Of a stretch of DNA of 64,000 bases, positions 56,802 to 64,000 are shown in pieces. Location of the stretch: the NCBI GenBank assembly GCA_938011325.1, contig CALLUD010000010.1, forward strand, positions 21,724 through 85,723. The letters run 5' to 3'. Within the stretch, counting starts at the first letter, position 1. Each line of letters opens with the position of its first letter. Both the position numbers and the translations under genes were made by a program. The notes beneath the pieces are model-generated. The model searched no databases, was not told the origin of the DNA, and saw nothing but the letters and a program-made list of their open reading frames with translations. This stretch comes from an uncultured Spartobacteria bacterium (GTDB lineage Bacteria; Verrucomicrobiota; Verrucomicrobiia; Chthoniobacterales; JAATET01).

Positions 56802-56834
56802 TGGAAAGACGCGGCAACCCGCGAAATTATTCAA

Positions 56835-57503
56835 TCAAAGCTCCCCGCGGCGGCGGCGAAGCTCTTCGCGAAACTCCCCCATCATGTCCACGATGCATTC
56901 GCGAATGGGGAAAAGCAGCTCGTTGATCGAGTTCAGATCCTTTTGATCGATCAAACCCTGGTCATGCAGGCGCGCGCCAGCGCTCAACGCGTCGTTCGCG
57001 GCCTTCAGGCTGCGCTTGAGATAGGCAATCGTCATTCCGACCTCGGAAAAATCGTCGCCGCACAATGCCGCGGCCAGCTTTGCGCCGCAGATCGCGACCC
57101 GCGTGGCGAGTTCAACCGCGACGGGGTGGTCCTTCAATTCCTCGCGCTCCTCGACGAGCGTGAACACGCGCCGGTTGAGCTCCATGCTCTGCATGTAAAC
57201 CTCGGAATGCTGGAGTTCGTCGATGCCTTCCTCGTCATCCTCGGCGACGACTTCGGCGTCGGCCTCTTCCTCGTCGATGACTTCGAGCCACTCGGAGTCC
57301 TCGCTGTCGTCCTCCTCCTCGACCTCGGTTTCGGGCTGATTCCAGCCCATTTCGCGCGCGATGATTTCATCCCGCTCCGGGTGATTCTCGTATTGCTCAA
57401 AGAGCTGAAAATACTGCTCGGTCTTGCGGTCCTGCTGCTGGAGGAACCGCTCCCACTGATACTCGTCCCAAAGCTCGGGACACCCGAAATCATCGTCAGG
57501 CAT
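56835..57503 (-). CDS. highly acidic hypothetical protein
   Basis: About 222 aa from the ATG at 57503 (MPDDDFGCPELWDEYQWERFL...). A central poly-acidic tract is present (ETEVEEEDDSEDSEWLEVIDEEEADAEVVAEDDEEGIDE), followed by a helical C-terminal half. No family is recognised. Confidence 0.55.
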   Translation of the reverse strand: MPDDDFGCPELWDEYQWERFLQQQDRKTEQYFQLFEQYENHPERDEIIAREMGWNQPETEVEEEDDSEDSEWLEVIDEEEADAEVVAEDDEEGIDELQHSEVYMQSMELNRRVFTLVEEREELKDHPVAVELATRVAICGAKLAAALCGDDFSEVGMTIAYLKRSLKAANDALSAGARLHDQGLIDQKDLNSINELLFPIRECIVDMMGEFREELRRRRGEL

Positions 57504-57513
57504 CAAATCCTCC

Positions 57514-58614
57514 TTAAAGCAGGGTGCGTGCCGCTGCAATCGGTTTTTCCGAATCGTTGCGGCGGTCGTCATCCATTGTCTTCAAACGAAGCTGGCCGCA
57601 TGCCGCGGAGATGTCATGTCCTTTTTCACGACGAATGGTCGCCGCGACCTGATTGCGGCGCAACACCGCCATGAAGGCATCCTGCTGACGCACGTCGGGA
57701 CGCACCCAGGGCAGGCCCTCGACGGTGTTGTAGGGAATGACGTTCACCTTGGCATTGAGCCGCAACGCCAGCCTGGAGAGCTCGGCGGCCTGCTCCGGCG
57801 TGTCGTTCACCCCTGCGATGAGAATGAATTCGAACGTAATCTTCTGTTTCTTGCGGCTGCGAAAATACGCGCAGGCATCCATCAGTTCCGCGAGCGGATA
57901 CTTGCGATTCACCGGCATGATCTGGCTGCGCACCTCGTCGGTCGCGCCGTGCAGGGAAATCGCGAGGCGAAGCTGCAGCGGCTGATCCGCGAGATCGCGA
58001 ATCCGCGGCACCAGCCCGCTCGTGGAAATCGTGATGTGCCGGGCGCCAATGCCGGGTCCCCACGGGGCATTGATGATGCTGATGGCGCGCATCAGGTTGT
58101 CGTAGTTCGCCAGTGGCTCGCCCATGCCCATGAACACGATGTTGCTCACGCGCTCGCCAGACTCCTCTTCGATCCGCAGGAGCTGGTCCACGATTTCGCC
58201 GGCATCGAGGTTGCGCTTCCAGCCGTCGAGCCCGCTCGCGCAAAACTTGCAGCCGTAGGCACAGCCGACCTGTGACGAAATGCAGATCGTCCGCCGATCC
58301 GAGGTCTCGCCGTAAAGAGCCGGAGAAGCCGGAATCAACACCGTCTCGACGAGTTGTCCATCACGCAGGCGGAAAAGAAATTTCTGCGTGGTGTCGCGCG
58401 AGCCCGTTTTCCAGACCACCTCCAGCGACCGCTCCTCAAACTGCTCGCTCAAACGCTGACGCAACGCCGCGGGCAGGTTCGTCATCTCCGAGAACCGGCC
58501 AACGCGCTTGAGATAGAGCCACTCGACCACCTGCCGCGCACGATACGCCGGCTCGCCCAGCGCCTCGAAGCGCTCGGTCAGCTCGTCGAGAGTGAGCGAT
58601 TTGATCGATTGCAC
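57514..58614 (-). CDS. rlmN: 23S rRNA/tRNA adenine-C2 methyltransferase, radical SAM
   Basis: 366 aa. The radical-SAM cluster motif is CAYGCKFCASG. The N-terminus is YRARQVVEWLY. GEPLANYDN is present. Confidence 0.92.
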   Translation of the reverse strand: MQSIKSLTLDELTERFEALGEPAYRARQVVEWLYLKRVGRFSEMTNLPAALRQRLSEQFEERSLEVVWKTGSRDTTQKFLFRLRDGQLVETVLIPASPALYGETSDRRTICISSQVGCAYGCKFCASGLDGWKRNLDAGEIVDQLLRIEEESGERVSNIVFMGMGEPLANYDNLMRAISIINAPWGPGIGARHITISTSGLVPRIRDLADQPLQLRLAISLHGATDEVRSQIMPVNRKYPLAELMDACAYFRSRKKQKITFEFILIAGVNDTPEQAAELSRLALRLNAKVNVIPYNTVEGLPWVRPDVRQQDAFMAVLRRNQVAATIRREKGHDISAACGQLRLKTMDDDRRNDSEKPIAAARTLL

Positions 58615-58649
58615 ACCCGCACGATATCATTCGCCACCCGCGCCGAAAG

Positions 58650-59444
58650 ATGGAAAATCCGTCAATGGACGTTCTCGAGCACTGCCTGCGTCTGCGTCAA
58701 ATGGGACGCTCGCATGTGCTCGTCACCGTGGTTGCCGCGCGAGGCAGCACGCCGCAGGACGTCGGCGCAAAAATGGTCGTCACCGACACCGGCCGTGAAA
58801 CGGGAACCGTGGGCGGTGGCCGCATCGAGGCGGCGGCGATCGAGTATGCGCAAAAGCTGCTCACCGGCGCGCGCGCGGAGCGGCTCGTGAAATGGAACCT
58901 CCAGCGCGACATCGGAATGACCTGTGGCGGCGAGATGCAGCTCTACTTCGACGTTTGCGCGGGCTCGTCGGCATGGCCGATCGCAATTTTCGGCGCCGGC
59001 CACGTCGCGCAGGCGTTGGTGCCGGTGCTCGCCCCCCTCGACTGCCGTCTCTTCTGCTTCGACACGCGTGCCGACTGGATCGCCCGCCTGCCGAAGGCGG
59101 CCAACGTGCTCGCCGAAACGCGAAGCGATCCTGCCGCCGCGGTGCGGGAAATCCCGGCCGCTTCGTTCGTGCTCATCCTCACGCAGGGCCACGCCACCGA
59201 CCTGCCGGTGCTGAAGGCCGCGCTCGAGGCGCGATCGTTTCCATTCATTGGTGTCATCGGCAGCCGTTCGAAGCGGGCCACCCTGGAGCGGGAGCTTCGC
59301 GAGAGCGGCCTCCCCGACAAACTGGTATCGGGCTTCGAATGCCCGCTCGGCCTGCCCATCGGCAGCAATCACCCGCAGGAAATCGCCATCAGCATTGCCG
59401 CGGGGCTTTTAAAGACCCGCGACGAACGGGCGGCTACTCGATAG
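58650..59444 (+). CDS. XdhC/CoxI-family molybdoenzyme maturation accessory protein
   Basis: 264 aa. The N-terminal XdhC_CoxI segment is VLVTVVAARGSTPQDVGAKMVV. The Rossmann-like segment is IAIFGAGHVAQALVPVL. An alternative ATG lies at 58665. Confidence 0.75.
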   Translation: MENPSMDVLEHCLRLRQMGRSHVLVTVVAARGSTPQDVGAKMVVTDTGRETGTVGGGRIEAAAIEYAQKLLTGARAERLVKWNLQRDIGMTCGGEMQLYFDVCAGSSAWPIAIFGAGHVAQALVPVLAPLDCRLFCFDTRADWIARLPKAANVLAETRSDPAAAVREIPAASFVLILTQGHATDLPVLKAALEARSFPFIGVIGSRSKRATLERELRESGLPDKLVSGFECPLGLPIGSNHPQEIAISIAAGLLKTRDERAATR

Positions 59445-60234
59445 CGAGATCCTTCTCGCCGACGACCTGCCAGCCCCCGGGCCCTTTTTTGAGCGTAAAC
59501 TCGCGGGTGAACCAGAATCCATCCCGCTCGGAAAACGACCCGACGGCCTTGACGGTTCCATCCTCCTCCAGCCCGACCCGATCCACTCGAAAGACCACCC
59601 CGTAGGCGCCGGTCTCGCGATCACGAATCGCCGCCTCGGTGATTTCCAGTGCCCGCGACGCCGGCACCACTTCGATCTTCTCCTTCTTCAGCGATTCCAG
59701 CTGGCCAAGCCGCTCGATCACTCCCGGCGGCGCGTCTTCCGCATGCGGCCCGAGTCCGAGCATGTAAGTGGTCGCATAGGGCGCAAAACCACGCTGCCGG
59801 TATTCGAAGAAATGCCGGAAAATCGCCTCCTGGATCGCCTCATCCTCCGCCTTCTGGGCGTATTGACTTTCCGGAAGTTCCGTCGCCCGCTTCCGATCCT
59901 CCATCGTCCACGAACGATTCTCCGAATACGACGGCTCGCCCGCGCCAAACTTTCGCGAGCGCAGAGGCATCGTCGCGTCGCCCGACACGGACTTCGCCAT
60001 GTAAAAGGGGCCGGTTTCAGATTCCACGACGTTCGCCCGGATCGCCTCGTCGCTCGGCATGGTTTCGTGCATCAGGTCCCACAGCATCTGGTTCCAGGCC
60101 TTCTCGCTCGGGACCTTTTCCTTCGCGAGGCGCGGAGTCATGTAAACCTCCTCCTTCTTTTTGACCTGCCGAAGCTGGGCATGGGCGTGCACCGTTGCGA
60201 TCAACGCCGTCAACAATCCGATGAGCACCCTCAT
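59434..60234 (-). CDS. secreted hypothetical protein
   Basis: About 266 aa from the ATG at 60234 with signal peptide MRVLIGLLTALIATVHAHA. No family is recognised. Its 3' end overlaps the convergent xdhC-family gene by 11 nt. Confidence 0.5.
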   Translation of the reverse strand: MRVLIGLLTALIATVHAHAQLRQVKKKEEVYMTPRLAKEKVPSEKAWNQMLWDLMHETMPSDEAIRANVVESETGPFYMAKSVSGDATMPLRSRKFGAGEPSYSENRSWTMEDRKRATELPESQYAQKAEDEAIQEAIFRHFFEYRQRGFAPYATTYMLGLGPHAEDAPPGVIERLGQLESLKKEKIEVVPASRALEITEAAIRDRETGAYGVVFRVDRVGLEEDGTVKAVGSFSERDGFWFTREFTLKKGPGGWQVVGEKDLAIE

Positions 60235-60348
60235 TGACCGGGAACGATACCGGATTCCGCGATCCGGACAAGACCTCACCTCTGGGAAGTGCTCCCGAGC
60301 GAGTCAAAAAACTGGCGCGACGGCCGTCAGCGTCTATCTTCGCGTCCG

Positions 60349-61167
60349 ATGGGTCGTAAGCGAGTTGCGGTGGGAAGACAAACGCTCGGGGGAAAAGAGC
60401 TCTTATTCATTCTGGGACCATGTGTGATGGAAACGCCTGCCTTCACCCGGCGGATGGCCCGAAAGATCCATGCCATCTGCCAGGACGAGGGCGCGAATTT
60501 TGTCTTCAAGGCCTCTTTCGACAAGGCCAACCGCAGTTCCGGAAAGTCCTTTCGCGGGCCGGGCATTGAAGACGGCTGCAAACTGCTCGCCGAAATCGGC
60601 GCCGATCTCGGGGTGCCGGTGACGACTGATATTCACCTGCCCGATCAAGCCGCGATCGCCGCCCCCTACATCGATCTGCTGCAGATTCCCGCATTTCTCT
60701 GCCGTCAGACCGATCTCATCGTCGCCGCTGCGAAGACCGGGCGCGCCGTCAACGTGAAGAAGGGCCAGTTCCTCGCGCCGCACGACGTCAAAAACATCGC
60801 GGCAAAACTCGAAGCCGCAGGCTGTCGCAATTACTGCTTCACCGAGCGCGGCACCACTTTCGGATACAACAACCTCGTCGCCGACATGCGCGCCATCCCC
60901 TGGATGCAGGAGTTGGGCTACGCAGTGGTCTTCGACGCCACGCACTCGGTCCAGCGCCCCGGTGGCGCCGGCGACTCCACGAGCGGCGACGGCGATCTCG
61001 CTCCCATTCTAGCGCGCGCGGCGGTTGCATCCGGTTGCGACGCTGTCTTTATTGAAACTCACGAAAATCCGTCACGCGCCCTTTCCGATGGCCCGAATCA
61101 AATCCCTCTTCGCAAACTTCCATCCCTTCTGCGCCAGCTTCGCGCCATTCGCAACGTCGTCGCTTAG
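60349..61167 (+). CDS. kdsA: 3-deoxy-8-phosphooctulonate synthase
   Basis: 272 aa from the ATG at 60349. Motifs: LLFILGPCVMET, FKASFDKANRSS, DATHSVQRPGG, FIETHENP. Confidence 0.9.
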   Translation: MGRKRVAVGRQTLGGKELLFILGPCVMETPAFTRRMARKIHAICQDEGANFVFKASFDKANRSSGKSFRGPGIEDGCKLLAEIGADLGVPVTTDIHLPDQAAIAAPYIDLLQIPAFLCRQTDLIVAAAKTGRAVNVKKGQFLAPHDVKNIAAKLEAAGCRNYCFTERGTTFGYNNLVADMRAIPWMQELGYAVVFDATHSVQRPGGAGDSTSGDGDLAPILARAAVASGCDAVFIETHENPSRALSDGPNQIPLRKLPSLLRQLRAIRNVVA

Positions 61168-61639
61168 CCTGCTGATCGCGATCCTGGTCGTCACTCTCGC
61201 GCCCGCGCGCGCGGAGGATGAGAAGGCCGCGAAGGACGAGGCCGCCGCCGAGGATGCGAAGTCCCAGGAGGATGCAATTCTTGCCGACATCCCGCCGGAT
61301 CAGGTTTATCACGGGCTGCGCATCCCGCACATGGACCCCACCGGCCGGCTGCTCATGCTGTTCGATGCCGGCTCGGCCAAGCGGATCGATGATCGCAACA
61401 TCGAGATGGAGGATTTGAAAATTGAGATTCACAATGACGACGGCACCACATTCCATGTGGAGATGCCCCGATCGGTTTTCAACCTCGACACCCGCGTGCT
61501 CACGAGCGACACGCCGGTCACCATCAGGCGCGAGGACTTCATCATCAATGGCGAGACCGCGGAGTTTCACACCAAGACGCGCTTCGGACGAATGCGCGGG
61601 AATGTAAAAATGACCATCAATACGGAACGGGCTGAATGA
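61088..61639 (+). CDS. lptC: LptC-like periplasmic LPS-transport protein (OstA-fold, N-terminal anchor/signal)
   Basis: 183 aa. The hydrophobic N-terminus is FCASFAPFATSSLSLLIAILVVTLAPARA. A beta-jellyroll-like body follows (IEMEDLKIEIHNDDGTTFHVEMPRSVFNLDTRVLTSDTPVTIRREDFIINGETAEF). Its position before lptA-lptB fits. ATG 61088 is the most downstream ATG/GTG/TTG that still precedes the hydrophobic segment (an in-frame ATG also lies at 61025), so the ORF overlaps kdsA by at least 80 nt. Confidence 0.55.
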   Translation: MARIKSLFANFHPFCASFAPFATSSLSLLIAILVVTLAPARAEDEKAAKDEAAAEDAKSQEDAILADIPPDQVYHGLRIPHMDPTGRLLMLFDAGSAKRIDDRNIEMEDLKIEIHNDDGTTFHVEMPRSVFNLDTRVLTSDTPVTIRREDFIINGETAEFHTKTRFGRMRGNVKMTINTERAE

Positions 61640-62199
61640 ACCGACGATTTTTGACCATCCTCCTCTGTTGTGCCGCCGCGGCAACCGCCGTCGCGCAAAA
61701 CGGCGACGCCTCCTCGGGAAAGAAGAAATCCGATCCCGCCGGTCTCGGCATTCTCCAGAAGGACCGCCCCAAGGGCGCCAAGACCGAGATCACCGCACAG
61801 CAGGAGGCGACCTTCGACAACAATGAGAGCGTCGCCACCTTCATCGGCAAGGTCGTCGTGAAGGACCCTCAGTTCAATCTCTTCTGCGACAAACTCACCG
61901 TTTACCTGAACAAGGACCGGAAAGGCATCGAGACCGCCGTGGCTGAAGGCAGCGTGGTGATCGTGCAGGAAAACACGAACGACAAGGGAGAACCGATAAA
62001 ATCGGTCGGCCGCGCCGGAAAGGCGGTCTTCGAGCCCGCGACCGGTGACGTGACGCTTTCCATTTCGCCGTCCATTCAACAAGGGATCAACAACCACGTC
62101 GCCGCGAACGAGAAGACGGTCATGGTCCTGAATCGCGAGGGACGGATGCGCACGGAGGGCCCGAGTCGAACCATTCTCGTCGAGGACGGATTGGAATGA
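61636..62199 (+). CDS. lptA: periplasmic LPS-transport protein LptA (OstA N-terminal domain)
   Basis: 187 aa with signal peptide MNRRFLTILLCCAAAATAVAQ. The OstA-like repeat pattern is ITAQQEATFDNNESVATFIGKVVVKDPQFNLFCDKLTVYL. It has ATGA overlaps with both neighbours. Confidence 0.75.
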   Translation: MNRRFLTILLCCAAAATAVAQNGDASSGKKKSDPAGLGILQKDRPKGAKTEITAQQEATFDNNESVATFIGKVVVKDPQFNLFCDKLTVYLNKDRKGIETAVAEGSVVIVQENTNDKGEPIKSVGRAGKAVFEPATGDVTLSISPSIQQGINNHVAANEKTVMVLNREGRMRTEGPSRTILVEDGLE

Positions 62200-62972
62200 G
62201 TGACGTTCAAACCATGCCAGCCGCCGCCCCCGCGACTGACGAAAGTCAGCAGCCGCTCCTCCAGACCGACAAGCTGGTAAAAATCTATGGTGGGCGCGCC
62301 GTCGTGAATGGCGTGGACATCAACGTCAAGAAAGGCGAGATCGTCGGCCTGCTGGGCCCCAACGGCGCGGGCAAAACGACGTCGTTCTACATGATCGTCG
62401 GGCTGGTGAAGCCCAACGGCGGCCGCGTTTTTTTCCAGGGACACGACGTCACCCACCAGCCCATGTATGTGCGCGCCCGCCACGGCATGGGCTATCTGCC
62501 GCAGGAGGAATCGATTTTCCGCAAGCTCACCGTCGAGCAGAACATCATGGCAATCCTCGAGACGACGAAGCTCTCGAAGGCCCAGCGCAAGGCGCGTTGC
62601 GAGGAATTGCTCACGCAGTTCGGCATCGAGCACGTCGCGAAGCAATACGCGCTCACCCTCTCCGGCGGTGAAAAGCGCCGCCTCACCATCGCCCGCTCGC
62701 TGGTCACGAATCCCTCGCTGCTCATGCTCGACGAGCCATTCAGCGGCGTCGACCCGATCGCGGTGTTCGACGTGCAGCAGATCATCACCGATTTGCGGAA
62801 GCAGGGCCTGGCCATCATCATCACCGACCACAACGTTCGCGAAACGCTGAACATCGTCGATCGCGCCTACCTCATCTACGAGGGCCGCGTCGAAAGCCAG
62901 GGCAACAAGGACTTCCTGCTCAACGACCCCATCAGCCGCAAGCTCTATCTCGGCGAGAGCTTCTCGATGTAA
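62196..62972 (+). CDS. lptB: LPS export ABC transporter ATP-binding protein
   Basis: 258 aa. Walker A is GPNGAGKTT, the signature is LSGGEKRRLTIAR, and Walker B is LLMLDEPFSGVD. The LptB-type C-terminus is LNDPISRKLYLGESF. Confidence 0.92.
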   Translation: MSDVQTMPAAAPATDESQQPLLQTDKLVKIYGGRAVVNGVDINVKKGEIVGLLGPNGAGKTTSFYMIVGLVKPNGGRVFFQGHDVTHQPMYVRARHGMGYLPQEESIFRKLTVEQNIMAILETTKLSKAQRKARCEELLTQFGIEHVAKQYALTLSGGEKRRLTIARSLVTNPSLLMLDEPFSGVDPIAVFDVQQIITDLRKQGLAIIITDHNVRETLNIVDRAYLIYEGRVESQGNKDFLLNDPISRKLYLGESFSM

Positions 62973-62985
62973 TAGAATTTCCGTC

Positions 62986-63951
62986 ATGGCCGAGAAGAAC
63001 CAGCACCGGGTCAAGCACATCACGGTCGGGGAATTCTACGCCAATCACGCGGAAACTCTGGGCCTCCGTCTCGAGGGGCTTTCCCTCGGCATGAATCGTC
63101 TCATTCGCGAGCCGACCGTGAACCGTCCCGGTCTCGCGCTCGCCGGATTTTACAGCTACTTCCCCCACCGTCGCCTTCAGGTCATTGGAAATTCCGAGCT
63201 CAGCTATCTGCGCTCCCTGAAGGCCCAGGACCTGCAGGAACGCTGCCGCCAGCTCTTTTCACACAAGATTCCATGCCTCGTCGTCGCACGCGGTGCGAAA
63301 ATCCCCCCCGTGCTGCTTCAGGAGGCGGCCGCGGCGGAGACGCCCATTTTCCGCACGCCGATGATCACGATGAAGTTCATCAACGCGGCGACGATCGCAC
63401 TGGAGTTCGAGTTCGCGCCGACCGCGTCCGAATTCGGCAGCATGGTCGATGTGCAGGGCGTGGGCGTGCTCATTCGCGGGGCCAGTGGCGTCGGCAAGAG
63501 CGAGTGCGTGCTCGGTCTCATCGAGCGCGGCTACAGCCTCGTCAGCGACGACATCACCAAGATCAAGGTCATCGAAAATCGCGAGCTCGTCGGCATGTCG
63601 GCCGAGCTTACCCGGTTTCACATGGAAGTCCGCGGCATCGGCATCATCAATGTCGCGTCCATCTTCGGCGTCGGAAGCGTGCGCCCCGAGAAGCGTCTCG
63701 ACCTCGTCGCATCACTTATCGATTGGCACGAGGTGGAAGACATTGATAGATTAGGCATCGACCGCGATTACTACGAGATTTTGGGCATCCGCGTCCCCCA
63801 CGTCACGGTGCCGGTGCGGACAGGACGCGATCTGGCGCGCCTCGTGGAAGTCGCGGCGATGGACCAAAAACTCAAAAGTATGGGACATAACACCGCCCTC
63901 GAATTCAACCAACGCCTGCTCAGCATGATGCAGCAAAACCCGGAACTGTAA
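62986..63951 (+). CDS. hprK: HPr kinase/phosphorylase (full-length, two-domain)
   Basis: 321 aa. The P-loop is GASGVGKSECVLGLIERGYSLVSDD. The capping motif is EVRGIGIINV. An N-terminal domain is present. Confidence 0.88.
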   Translation: MAEKNQHRVKHITVGEFYANHAETLGLRLEGLSLGMNRLIREPTVNRPGLALAGFYSYFPHRRLQVIGNSELSYLRSLKAQDLQERCRQLFSHKIPCLVVARGAKIPPVLLQEAAAAETPIFRTPMITMKFINAATIALEFEFAPTASEFGSMVDVQGVGVLIRGASGVGKSECVLGLIERGYSLVSDDITKIKVIENRELVGMSAELTRFHMEVRGIGIINVASIFGVGSVRPEKRLDLVASLIDWHEVEDIDRLGIDRDYYEILGIRVPHVTVPVRTGRDLARLVEVAAMDQKLKSMGHNTALEFNQRLLSMMQQNPEL

Positions 63952-64000
63952 TGGGCCTCCTTTCCCGTAAGAAATCCACGCCCGACACCAACCGCTGCGC
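63951..64000 (+). CDS. 3'-truncated ORF starting in a TAATG overlap with the hprK stop
   Basis: MGLLSRKKSTPDTNRC... runs off the window. Only 16 codons are visible, so no call is possible. Confidence 0.2.
   Translation, partial: MGLLSRKKSTPDTNRC

Overview
The window is 64 kb of visibly GC-rich, very gene-dense bacterial chromosome. I call about 57 protein-coding genes. I found no rRNA, tRNA, CRISPR array, intact IS element or transposase. The gene content suggests a Verrucomicrobiota/PVC-type Gram-negative organism: DUF2723 glycosyltransferase, sulfatase, full-length HprK next to lptB, a T2SS with many prepilin-type proteins, and ECF sigma factors. That taxonomic call is inference only.

Most of the window is housekeeping:
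- gcvT-gcvH-gcvP fused behind speA, plus gltB, acnA, leuS, murA, lpxA, kdsA-lptC-lptA-lptB-hprK, rlmN, rdgB and larC.

The blocks I consider most worth follow-up are:
1. **nt 3-5344:** a YfhO-like GT-C membrane domain is fused to a DPM1/Ppm1-type GT2 polyprenol-phosphate hexosyltransferase. It is translationally coupled (ATGA overlap) to a TMEM260/DUF2723-type GT-C with a TPR tail. This is a candidate self-contained lipid-linked-sugar glycosylation module, possibly protein mannosylation.
2. **nt 28074-40392:** a tightly overlapping 13-gene type II secretion operon in non-canonical order (G-H-I-J-K-L-M-C'-D-E-F). Two signal-peptide proteins bracket it: a leading unknown beta-rich protein and a trailing EEP nuclease/phosphatase, which is a candidate cargo.
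3. **nt 23675-26751:** a small accessory-looking patch. It holds an orphan ECF sigma, two unannotated mini-ORFs, a USP, an unknown protein, a truncated integrase N-terminus and a hairpin-rich ORF-free leader.
4. **nt 54516-58614:** a tight run of rlmN, an acidic protein, an ECF sigma, an anti-sigma, a secreted protein and a methyltransferase.

Many very long ORFs in the six-frame track are antisense shadows of real genes, as expected at this GC content, and were rejected. All calls come from reading the translations and sequence by eye; no searches were run.
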